From a virus, in IMG/VR virus record IMGVR_UViG_3300044530_000662, positions 53,286 through 117,285 of that record: DNA of 64,000 nt. One strand, written 5' to 3'. Under the pieces are notes generated by a model, which was given only the letters and a program-made list of their open reading frames with translations, had not been told where the DNA came from and ran no database searches. Below are positions 47,271-55,135 of this stretch, in pieces. A program made the position numbers and the translations under genes. Numbering within the stretch: the stretch's first letter is position 1; each line of letters opens with the position of its first letter.

Positions 47271-48047
47271 CAGGGATTGTAATAGGGGTGTAGAAATACA
47301 CCCTTATTATTTTAGTAAAGCTATACTAAGTATAGTGTATATAGTATGTTTAATTGTCTTTCAGACAATAGCCTTTTGCAACTTTAATTGTAAGAGAAAG
47401 AGTTTGACTGCTTGTGCGGTCAAGCAACGGTCATTCACCGGTCAATGAGTGGCACATTACTAGTATGTGGAGTGTTGGGTACAGATATAAGAATGTCTGT
47501 ATTATAGGTATGAATAGTTGTTATAGTTAACACTAAATAATTACTGAAAGCTAGTGTCAGTGAGGGATTGGGTGTAATACCCTCAGTCATTCTTTACTAG
47601 TGATGATAACACTACTTTTACCATACAGGCTTAGCTCTACACATTATATGGCTAACACAGTGTCTATATTACCTACTCTTACTCTTATTACTATTAGTGT
47701 TACTATCTCTTATAGTATTATATAAAGTATCACAGTATAAGCTTCCGGGATTACAGTAATTTCCGGTCATAAAGTCCTATTGTAGCATAGTTAACACAGC
47801 AGATAGGCATTACCTGTATTCCTGAGTATGAATCAAAACTACTCTTATTTACTAATCAGTATCCTTGAACAAATGATAGGAACAGATTAAACTATGTATT
47901 TCAATAGATATGGAGAGGCAGTAATCCTCTCTGCAACTTGTACAGCTAACCAATAATGCTGTACCACAAATCTTGTAGGTTGTTAGAAACCTTCCCTTAT
48001 AAGGCTCAAGAATAACACGCTTGAGATAGGTACGTGCAGTGTGTTAT

Positions 48048-48177
48048 TACTCTCATCCAAGCAGGTAAACACAATCAGTTATGCTGAGCGTGTGGATATT
48101 ATACCAAGATAGTAGCATATGAAGCATAGTAATATGTAGAGGCTATCAAATTCAAGGATTGCAACCTTGTGAGAGTA
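48048..48177 (+). ncRNA. Structured RNA motif, copy A
   Basis: TACTCTCA/TGAGAGTA closing stem, TCCAAGCAGG, internal stems, CAAGG-ATTGCAA-CCTTG hairpin. Confidence 0.6.
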
Positions 48178-48865
48178 CACGGTCTGTCTATAATAGCAGA
48201 TAAGTCTTGCGGTTCACAACAAGATACTAACAGGTGGAAGTCCTGTTATTTATTAAACACAATTATAGTTCTTAGTGTTGAAAAAGGGATTTGAACTACC
48301 CAATTATGTACTATTTATTTAAGTTAACAGGGCATCAGTACGTGGAGTTCCTTAAGTCCAGCCAAGGTGTAATCAGGAATGATTACTAGGGTAAGACTCC
48401 ACCAGTTATTCTCAAATACTGCCACAATTTTAAAGTCTTTACATAACCTAATAAGAGAATAGGGTAAAGATTAAAAACAGTTTATTAGTTTACTATAGTG
48501 TTCTAGCACTAAAAATAACTGATGGTGTGTTATACCTAATAACAATGCTCTTGAACTTCCCGGACTCATAGAGATTAAGCATGTAAGAATCCGGGTTTCT
48601 GTTGAGCATTCAGATTCAGCTCACAGAGTGATGATTTATTATCACTAGAAAGGTAGATAAGTGTTACTTTGTAACTGCCATAGTTGGGAGATTTGTCTGG
48701 GTAGCAATACCAGATCGGACAAGTCAATGAAAGACTATGGAATGTTATAACAATATTTGTTATTGTTATTATTATTATTATAGTACCTAATGAATCTGAT
48801 TTGACCACAAGGTTTCAGGCTTAAACTCTCATCCTGTAAAGCAGAGTTTGACTTGTGGTTTTTTA

Positions 48866-48975
48866 TACTCTCATCCAAGCAGGATAGAGACTATTGCAAA
48901 ACTAAGTTGGGTGAGGCTAACCTGTAAAACTGCACTTATGAGTAATAGTCCAAGGGTTGCAACCTTGTGAGAGTA
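48866..48975 (+). ncRNA. Structured RNA motif, copy B
   Basis: Same 5' TACTCTCATCCAAGCAGG and 3' CAAGG-GTTGCAA-CCTTGTGAGAGTA; different interior with a GACTATTGC/GTAATAGTC stem. Confidence 0.6.
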
Positions 48976-49063
48976 CTAATAAGTAGGTTTGTGTTGCAAA
49001 TGCAGCAATTTAAGGAAATGTAATTGTAAAGGATCGCAACCTTTTTACAGAGTACTACTACTT

Positions 49064-49165
49064 ATTTTTAATGCACCACAACTCACTTCCCAAGGGTGAG
49101 CAGTTGTAGTATGGGTGTGCCCTACTAACAAAAACAAGGACTACAACTGAGTGCAGAGGGATTAT
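49064..49165 (+). ncRNA. Twister-like self-cleaving ribozyme (P5 present, P1 weak)
   Basis: U^AA-UGCA-CC, P4 CUCAC/GUGAG around (U)UCCCAAGG, P5 CAGUUGUAGU/ACUACAACUG, UGCA-GA-GGGA. T1 UCCC/GGGA; T2 CC/GG. Confidence 0.55.
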
Positions 49166-49202
49166 TAATTTGTAACTTATTAATTAACTTAAAACTATAC
49201 TT

Positions 49203-49409
49203 ATGATTAAAGTAACTAAACAAGAAGCAATTGATATGCTATTAGCTAACAATTACAGAGCAATTGAAATTCTTGAAACATGTGACCATGATGGTGAAGA
49301 TGAAGATGTATTTGTTACAATGGCTTATGTAGATAAATCACATAAACATGTACCATTAAAAGTGTTAAAACAAAACATGGATATGTATGATTTCATATAT
49401 ATAATATAA
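49203..49409 (+). CDS. Hypothetical protein
   Basis: 68 aa with an A-rich TIR (AAAACTATACTTATG). Confidence 0.6.
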   Translation: MIKVTKQEAIDMLLANNYRAIEILETCDHDGEDEDVFVTMAYVDKSHKHVPLKVLKQNMDMYDFIYII

Positions 49410-49410
49410 T

Positions 49411-49528
49411 TAATACACCATTCTAACTTAGGTTAGACAGTTGTAATACCTTCGGACTGCTGTGTATACGCAAGGTCTTGTAGAAGTAATCAAGCAGGGA
49501 ATGCTTCTATTACAACTGTGGTGTATTA
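49411..49528 (+). ncRNA. Three-way-junction element related in outline to the twister-like RNA
   Basis: TAATACACCA/TGGTGTATTA, TCTAAC/GTTAGA, CAGTTGTAAT/ATTACAACTG. Confidence 0.45.
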
Positions 49529-49736
49529 ATTTATACTGGGAGCATGTGACCATGAAAGAGGCATGCATATTTACTCTAATTAGGCACAAGTATGACTCTA
49601 AGTGCCGAGCTACCTAGGGAGTTGAGTTACCCGATTTATTATGAGAACTGAAAAAGATTGTCCGTTTATAGTGCGGGGCTGAGAAGATCTGTAAGCCAAC
49701 ACTATTTCTTTTGATTATTAACTCTGATTAAAAATT

Positions 49737-49940
49737 ATGAAAATGAAGAAAATGAGTCAACACACCTGGGAAATATGGTTCCTGGGATCAATATTTGGTT
49801 GCATAGTGCCTATGTTGGCAGTTATGTGTGAATCAAGAGATCCACAAGTTATGAAATATGCTACTATAGCGTTAGTAATTTCTTTTATCTCTTTTATTTT
49901 ATGTGTTATTGTTGGTAATAAAACTGAAAACAAATTATGA
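49737..49940 (+). CDS. Two-TM membrane protein
   Basis: 67 aa, hydrophobic. Confidence 0.6.
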   Translation: MKMKKMSQHTWEIWFLGSIFGCIVPMLAVMCESRDPQVMKYATIALVISFISFILCVIVGNKTENKL

Positions 49941-50122
49941 AAAAACAAACCATTTACCTTAGTCTAAGTTTCCTGTCATTAGTTATGGCAGGAATTTCTA
50001 TGTTAGCTATGTATACTATAGCAGACAATCAAACCTTAATAGGAGCCATTATTGCTTTTACTTTATCAGTAATGATTGGTACTTTATCTATGTCATCTTA
50101 CTTACATTATAAAACACAGTAA
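49937..50122 (+). CDS. Two-TM membrane protein
   Basis: 61 aa, hydrophobic. Confidence 0.6.
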   Translation: MKKQTIYLSLSFLSLVMAGISMLAMYTIADNQTLIGAIIAFTLSVMIGTLSMSSYLHYKTQ

Positions 50123-50206
50123 GATGGATATATTAATTGTTACAGTATTATCAATGCTGTTAGTTTACTCTCAAAGTTATCTTAATAGAAATTAAAAACT
50201 ATAATT

Positions 50207-50470
50207 ATGGAAACTGTTTACTGGACTATGAAGAATGGTCAAAAGATTGATGTTGATACTATGGACATTCAACATCTCCGGAATACTCTTAAAATGCTTA
50301 TCAAAGCTAAGAGAGCTGTAACTACATCTAAACCTAAGTTTGAGGTACACGGTGAAATTGCTAGTGAGTTTGCTGATATGGCAAGACTATATGCAATTAG
50401 TCCTGAATTAACTTGTACTTGTGATGAAGTACATGTATGTCAACAATGTTTTGAACTATCTATAAATTAA
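50207..50470 (+). CDS. Conserved phage protein (WTMKNG.KI.VD.M...HL.N) with a C-terminal CxC..CxxC
   Basis: 87 aa. Confidence 0.65.
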   Translation: METVYWTMKNGQKIDVDTMDIQHLRNTLKMLIKAKRAVTTSKPKFEVHGEIASEFADMARLYAISPELTCTCDEVHVCQQCFELSIN

Positions 50471-50474
50471 AGCA

Positions 50475-50702
50475 ATGAAAAAACTACAAAGAAAATTAGA
50501 AGCTCTACAAGATGAGCTTTATGATTTGCATTTTATAGCTTCTTCTGAAGTATATCAACAAAAAAGAGCTGATATAGAATTTCAGATTGTTCTTATAGAA
50601 GAAGCAATTGAATTGGAAAAGAAAATGCTACCTTTTAAAATTACTTTTGCAGCAGCTTGTGCTGTTATAGTAGGATTACTTATTTATTCATTATTAAAAT
50701 AA
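50475..50702 (+). CDS. Coiled-coil protein with a C-terminal TM
   Basis: 75 aa. Confidence 0.6.
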   Translation: MKKLQRKLEALQDELYDLHFIASSEVYQQKRADIEFQIVLIEEAIELEKKMLPFKITFAAACAVIVGLLIYSLLK

Positions 50703-50708
50703 ACCAAA

Positions 50709-51020
50709 ATGGCAAAAAAAAAAACGATTGACTTTTGTTTTGATGATACAGATATTAACTTAATGAAAGAAGAATTATTGAAAAAACTTAATGATGAGAT
50801 AATTGCTGATCTAGAAGCTAAATTAGACATAGCTTATAGAGAGCAAGAACAAATGCTAAAAGAACTGAAAAGATGGACAGATGCTTTTCCTTATGCATTT
50901 AGAGAACTTGAAGAACATGCTGGAAAAATTACTTCAGAAGATGTTACTTATCATGCAAAGCTTCTCTTAAAGATTATGGAGAATAAGTTTGGTTATAAAC
51001 CAAAAATGACAGAGCTTTAA
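50709..51020 (+). CDS. Hypothetical coiled-coil protein
   Basis: 103 aa. Confidence 0.6.
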   Translation: MAKKKTIDFCFDDTDINLMKEELLKKLNDEIIADLEAKLDIAYREQEQMLKELKRWTDAFPYAFRELEEHAGKITSEDVTYHAKLLLKIMENKFGYKPKMTEL

Positions 51021-51210
51021 AGAAAATGTGTTGTTCCCTTGAGAAAGGAATTATAGTATAGAAAGGTGATTAAAGATACATATCACCACAACACAGAGGC
51101 TCTCAACCTCAAGACACATAAACTTCAGTTCCCACACAGCGGTGAGATGGGCTAAGTTATATACAATTCCTCGGAGCTGGGAGTAGAAAGCTGAAGAGTG
51201 TGTCTTTTAT

Positions 51211-51295
51211 AGCAAGGTGGTGTAATTGGTAACACGGTCCTAATTTAATATGGTGAATACCAGGTCTAGTATCTGTTCAAATCAGATCCTTGCTA
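51211..51295 (+). tRNA. tRNA-like element with an aberrant, expanded anticodon arm (isotype not assignable)
   Basis: Acceptor AGCAAGG/CCTTGCT, D-arm GTGT-AATTGGTA-ACAC, T-arm ATCTG-TTCAAAT-CAGAT. The 34 nt between these arms do not form a canonical 7-nt anticodon loop; no CCA. Confidence 0.55.
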
Positions 51296-51411
51296 CAGTT
51301 GCAACAGTGCAACTTTGCCTTACCCTGACAGGAACAAAAACCTAGAGGCTTAAAAGTGGGTGACAGCTGGAAAGACAGCATTTTTTATTTATAAACTGTA
51401 ATATCAAAGCA

Positions 51412-51627
51412 ATGGAAGTAACACTTATTCACTCTGTCTTAGGTTTTAATAGGAATATTGAGATTAAAGACCAAAATGGGGAAACTATCAAAACTGGTGC
51501 TAGGACTATATATCCTACAGTTATGTTAGAACAACTACAATATAAGATTCTTGATAAAAGTGTTTTTACACATTATAATCAAGCATTACTAGACAAAATC
51601 AGAGACTGCAGAAGAAATATAGACTAA
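51412..51627 (+). CDS. Hypothetical protein
   Basis: 71 aa. Confidence 0.6.
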   Translation: MEVTLIHSVLGFNRNIEIKDQNGETIKTGARTIYPTVMLEQLQYKILDKSVFTHYNQALLDKIRDCRRNID

Positions 51628-51628
51628 T

Positions 51629-52057
51629 ATGAGCAATAAGATTCACTTAGAACTTGAAGAGACTGATTTATATAATGCTCTCAAAACAATAATTAACCAT
51701 CCAAATGGAGAAGAGATAGCAAAACTACTAACTCCTTATATTGGTGGTAGTCCAGATTGTTCAAAATGGTTTTTTAAACTATTGTATGGTAAGACTTTAC
51801 CTGATAAGATACCTGTAGGTACTATATGTTTGACACATGTTAACAATCTTACTTATGAAGTTGATAAAATACTAACTAAAGCATCTGATCTTTGTGATAA
51901 TGAAGGTATGATAGCTTGTACAATAGTTGAGTTTAGAGGTTATCATGACTGGAGACACTTTGAAGTTACATCACAAGGTATTGATTCATCTGGTAATCAA
52001 AAAGTATTTAAGAGTTATCTTATGGGAGATCAGTTAGAGCTATTAGAGGAATTTTAA
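51629..52057 (+). CDS. Hypothetical protein
   Basis: 142 aa. Confidence 0.65.
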   Translation: MSNKIHLELEETDLYNALKTIINHPNGEEIAKLLTPYIGGSPDCSKWFFKLLYGKTLPDKIPVGTICLTHVNNLTYEVDKILTKASDLCDNEGMIACTIVEFRGYHDWRHFEVTSQGIDSSGNQKVFKSYLMGDQLELLEEF

Positions 52058-52062
52058 GATAG

Positions 52063-52070
52063 TATATTTG
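52063..52070 (+). promoter_or_regulatory. Bacteroidota -7 element TATATTTG
   Basis: Perfect match in the intergenic region. Confidence 0.45.
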
Positions 52071-52129
52071 TGGATATGCTTTTCCAAACAAAATAATACA
52101 GGGAGTTGTAATATACTCCCTTTATTATG

Positions 52130-52146
52130 TTAGCTATATAGTGCAA
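52130..52146 (+). promoter_or_regulatory. Second copy of TTAGCTATATAGTGCAA
   Basis: Follows a terminator hairpin and precedes the 52216 gene. Confidence 0.5.
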
Positions 52147-52215
52147 CAATTTATAATGCAGGATAACTTATAATGCTTGAGAATATCATATATTTACTCA
52201 ACTTTATAAATCAGT

Positions 52216-52485
52216 ATGCTTTATCAATTGCCTAACGGCAAAGTTATCTACTTAACTATAGATCAATACCTAGATCTCACTGATAATGACATACAATATC
52301 TTATGTCAGTAAATGCTGGCGACCACGCACAAAATCCTTTCACAGACTCTGCTGTTCATGAGAACACAAGAGAGAAATATTATGACTTTGATTATCTATC
52401 AGATGATGAAAGTTCTGATGATATTATATCAGATGATGAACCATTTGATGATATAATAGACCTTACGGGCCCACTGGATATATAA
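52216..52485 (+). CDS. Conserved small acidic protein (LPNGKVIYLTIDQYL)
   Basis: 89 aa with an acidic tail. Confidence 0.65.
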   Translation: MLYQLPNGKVIYLTIDQYLDLTDNDIQYLMSVNAGDHAQNPFTDSAVHENTREKYYDFDYLSDDESSDDIISDDEPFDDIIDLTGPLDI

Positions 52486-52594
52486 TACCTGAATTGCAAT
52501 AATGGTATTTACAACTTATTACTAGCTTGAGTAGCTAGTATTATAGTATTCTACTCACACATCTATTTATTTATTTATTTTAAAACTTAAAGTT

Positions 52595-53059
52595 ATGAGT
52601 TCAAAAGCAATTATTGTAGCAGATGCTACTACAGGTTCAGTTATTAACATGTCTAGTAATCCAGATTTTGGTTATGTACGTGTTGAACAAGCAGTAAATC
52701 AATATGATGATAATGGTTTCTTAAGAAGAAAGAAATTATCAGCAATTATTTCTGCACCAATTGGTGATTTACAAGAAGCTGGTTATTATGCAGGTCAAAT
52801 GTTAGATGGTAGAGTTATTATTCAAGAGTCTACATCACCATGGAATGAAAAAAATCCTGAACGTGACCTTAAAGTAGCTGGTTCTACAGGTATTGTATGC
52901 CGTTTAGATGGTGCTCCTATTTACAGACGCACATTATACACTGAGAAAGAGAATGTTAAAGATACTCTTATTGCTCATGATAATGTTGAAGAGTTAAGAG
53001 CAGCATATGAAACAAACAAAGTCAGTGCTATTAAACCAAATGAAGAGTTTGGTATTTAA
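52595..53059 (+). CDS. Highly expressed hypothetical protein, possible SSB-like
   Basis: 154 aa, biased codons, own terminator, tail ...EEFGI. Confidence 0.5.
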   Translation: MSSKAIIVADATTGSVINMSSNPDFGYVRVEQAVNQYDDNGFLRRKKLSAIISAPIGDLQEAGYYAGQMLDGRVIIQESTSPWNEKNPERDLKVAGSTGIVCRLDGAPIYRRTLYTEKENVKDTLIAHDNVEELRAAYETNKVSAIKPNEEFGI

Positions 53060-53126
53060 TTAACACTTAATGTATTATGAGAGGGAATGGGTAACTGTTC
53101 CCTCTTTTTATTTATGATTAAAGAAA

Positions 53127-53615
53127 ATGTATAAAATGGAAAAGTTAAAACAACAGATTAAAGATTATCAGTTAAATGCAGGCAAAACCTACATGAGTTA
53201 TGAAACTGATGGGTACTCACAATACCAAACATACCTTTACAAAAGAGCACTATATGGTTTAGATGCTCTAACACAACAAGAACTAGCTACTATGTGTAGC
53301 AAAAAGAAACAAAGAATAATTAATGTTTATAAAAGAGCACAAGTTGCACTTAATAAGTTTAAGCAAGAAGTTACTATACAATATAGTAATTTTATATTCA
53401 AAACTTTGTTTCCAAATAGTCCTATTACAGAATTCTTAATGGCTGATACTGAGACTGATGAGAAGTTCAAGAATACTTTAACTTTTAAAGATTTAGGCAT
53501 CAACAAAGAACAAATTATTACTATCTTTATTAATGAAGGTATCCTTCCTAAAAACTTTTTAAGTTTAGATAAGGATCCAAACAGTTTACCAAGATTAAAA
53601 ACCACTAAAAACTAA
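53127..53615 (+). CDS. Hypothetical protein
   Basis: 162 aa. Confidence 0.65.
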   Translation: MYKMEKLKQQIKDYQLNAGKTYMSYETDGYSQYQTYLYKRALYGLDALTQQELATMCSKKKQRIINVYKRAQVALNKFKQEVTIQYSNFIFKTLFPNSPITEFLMADTETDEKFKNTLTFKDLGINKEQIITIFINEGILPKNFLSLDKDPNSLPRLKTTKN

Positions 53616-53619
53616 AATT

Positions 53620-53820
53620 ATGACAAGAAAAGAATTTTTAAACAAGTTTGAAGACTTAACTAGACAGTTAGAAGATCTAGTACGTCAATTACCTTCTATA
53701 CCTGAATTAGAAGAAGATATTTATAAAGAAGATGAAAGCAAAATTGCTGTATCTGCAGACATAATGAGCTTAGACATGAGTGTGGATAATTTATCAGACT
53801 TATACTTTGATCAAGACTAA
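53620..53820 (+). CDS. Small acidic helical protein
   Basis: 66 aa. Confidence 0.6.
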   Translation: MTRKEFLNKFEDLTRQLEDLVRQLPSIPELEEDIYKEDESKIAVSADIMSLDMSVDNLSDLYFDQD

Positions 53821-54220
53821 AATCTGTGATGGATGTGGTTTAGAAAAACCTATCTGGAAAAGTAGTGGAACCGGGGGATTTAAGTATTGCAAATATTGTT
53901 GGAGTTGCCAGAATCCCAAGAATAAAGATAATATACAGAAACCAACTGATTATAAGATCCCCCAGGTTTCTGCTAAAAGAAAGAAAAAAGATGCTGAGTA
54001 TCTTAAATTAAGACAAAGATTTCTTACTGAGAATCCATTATGTGTAGTGAAGGTGAACGGATGTGGCCATAGTGCCACTGATGTTCATCATTCATTTGCT
54101 GGAGCTAACAGAGATGCTTTTTACTTAGTTCAGAGTACCTGGTTTGCAACATGTAGAAACTGCCATGATTGGATCCATGCTCATCCGGAAGAAGCAAGAG
54201 TAATGGGTTGGTTAAAATAA
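53780..54220 (+). CDS. HNH-type (beta-beta-alpha-Me) endonuclease with an N-terminal Zn ribbon
   Basis: CDGC...CKYC, then C....C...ATDVHH...CRNCHDWIH. True start is probably slightly downstream. Confidence 0.7.
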   Translation: MWIIYQTYTLIKTKICDGCGLEKPIWKSSGTGGFKYCKYCWSCQNPKNKDNIQKPTDYKIPQVSAKRKKKDAEYLKLRQRFLTENPLCVVKVNGCGHSATDVHHSFAGANRDAFYLVQSTWFATCRNCHDWIHAHPEEARVMGWLK

Positions 54221-54224
54221 AACT

Positions 54225-55130
54225 ATGACAGAAGAAGAACAATTAAAAATAATTCAGGCTAAGCTAAACATTACTGACAAAAGAACAGTAAAGCAAATCT
54301 TAGCACATAAAGAGCTTTGTGAAGATATTATAAACAGAGATGTGATATCTGAACAAGAGCTGGTGGAGGAATATCAAATTCCTCAGAGCCATTTAAAAAG
54401 TTTAAAACAACAGAATAAACTATCTTTCTTTGCAAGTACAGGTGAAGTAAATAAAATTAGCCGTGGATCTAAAGTATATTATTTTGTAGATGAAGTAAAA
54501 GACTTGTTTGGATATAACATCCGTTACAATAAATCTCATTCTTTTAAGAAAAGTATATTTAACAAGCTAGTGGTTGATATGTCAACAGAACTATGTACAA
54601 GTACAGAAGCTGGAGCATTAAAAATGTTTCTTATAAATAATTTATCAGTTGAAGAAATTGGTGAACATTACATTATAACCAATGAAAGAACAAATCAATT
54701 AATATCTAAGGCTTATAGAAGAATTGTTAGTAAAGTGTTTCAGCTTAATAAAATGTTTAAAAGCTATAGAACAAATCTTGAGTATCAAACTGAAAATGAG
54801 TTATTAAAAAAACAAAATACAGAATTATACAATAAGTTTTTAAGAGTTAAAGAAAATGATGTTCTTAAAGATCTTAAGTCTAATACAAATGTTGAACACT
54901 TTGTTAAACATGGTTATGATGTTAAAGACTTAGTTAAAGGCTTACATGAATTTAAAGAATATTTGTCTGTAAGAGCACTTACATGTTTAAAAAATGCATA
55001 TATTGAAAATCTTGATGAGCTACTATCTTATCCTAAACGTGATCTTATAAGATTAAGAAATATGGGTGAGAAGACTGTAAGTGAGATTTGTGATTGGTTA
55101 GAAGATAAGTACAATTGGGAATTAAAATAA
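54225..55130 (+). CDS. HTH protein fused to an RNA polymerase alpha-CTD-like domain
   Basis: C-terminal LSVRALTCLKNAYIENLDELL...LIRLRNMGEKTVSEI is the alpha-CTD signature; central sigma-4-like LSVEEIGEHY...ERTNQLISKA. Confidence 0.75.
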   Translation: MTEEEQLKIIQAKLNITDKRTVKQILAHKELCEDIINRDVISEQELVEEYQIPQSHLKSLKQQNKLSFFASTGEVNKISRGSKVYYFVDEVKDLFGYNIRYNKSHSFKKSIFNKLVVDMSTELCTSTEAGALKMFLINNLSVEEIGEHYIITNERTNQLISKAYRRIVSKVFQLNKMFKSYRTNLEYQTENELLKKQNTELYNKFLRVKENDVLKDLKSNTNVEHFVKHGYDVKDLVKGLHEFKEYLSVRALTCLKNAYIENLDELLSYPKRDLIRLRNMGEKTVSEICDWLEDKYNWELK

Positions 55131-55135
55131 GAAGT

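Larger units (their letters stand above)
44302..47390 (+). promoter_or_regulatory. Ten copies of a CAACTTYTATT motif (putative phage early promoter)
   Basis: CAAC at 44302, 44555, 44777, 45010, 45277, 45543, 46016, 46229, 46820 and 47379 (variant). The first nine lie 29-46 nt upstream of an ATG. Confidence 0.75.

Noticed and set aside
44302-47390. Integron attC array or CRISPR array
   Set aside because: No RYYYAAC/GTTRRRY boxes, no integrase, spacing is set by ORFs, and the repeats are short and degenerate.
47894-47956. 20-aa micro-ORF MYFNRYGEAVILSATCTANQ
   Set aside because: It has a plausible A-rich start context but overlaps a hairpin and the motif variant, and is too short to support without ribosome profiling.
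48757-48782. (TAT)n tract as a phase-variation site
   Set aside because: It is intergenic, short and imperfect, with no gene or promoter whose phase it would evidently change.
48048-48975. SAM-I riboswitch (CTCATC...GCAACC...GAGAG resemblance)
   Set aside because: No P2 kink-turn/pseudoknot, no GGUGC P3 partner, wrong element order and no Met/SAM gene downstream.
51111-51206. Type II hammerhead (CTGAAGA core with AGACACAT/GTGTGTCT stem)
   Set aside because: The GAAA core lacks its G (reads TAAAC), and CTGAAG simply pairs with CTTCAG in a long hairpin.
51296-51385. Theta/HDV-like ribozyme after the tRNA-like element
   Set aside because: I could not fit the nested double pseudoknot or the J4/2 catalytic C; only simple hairpins are evident.
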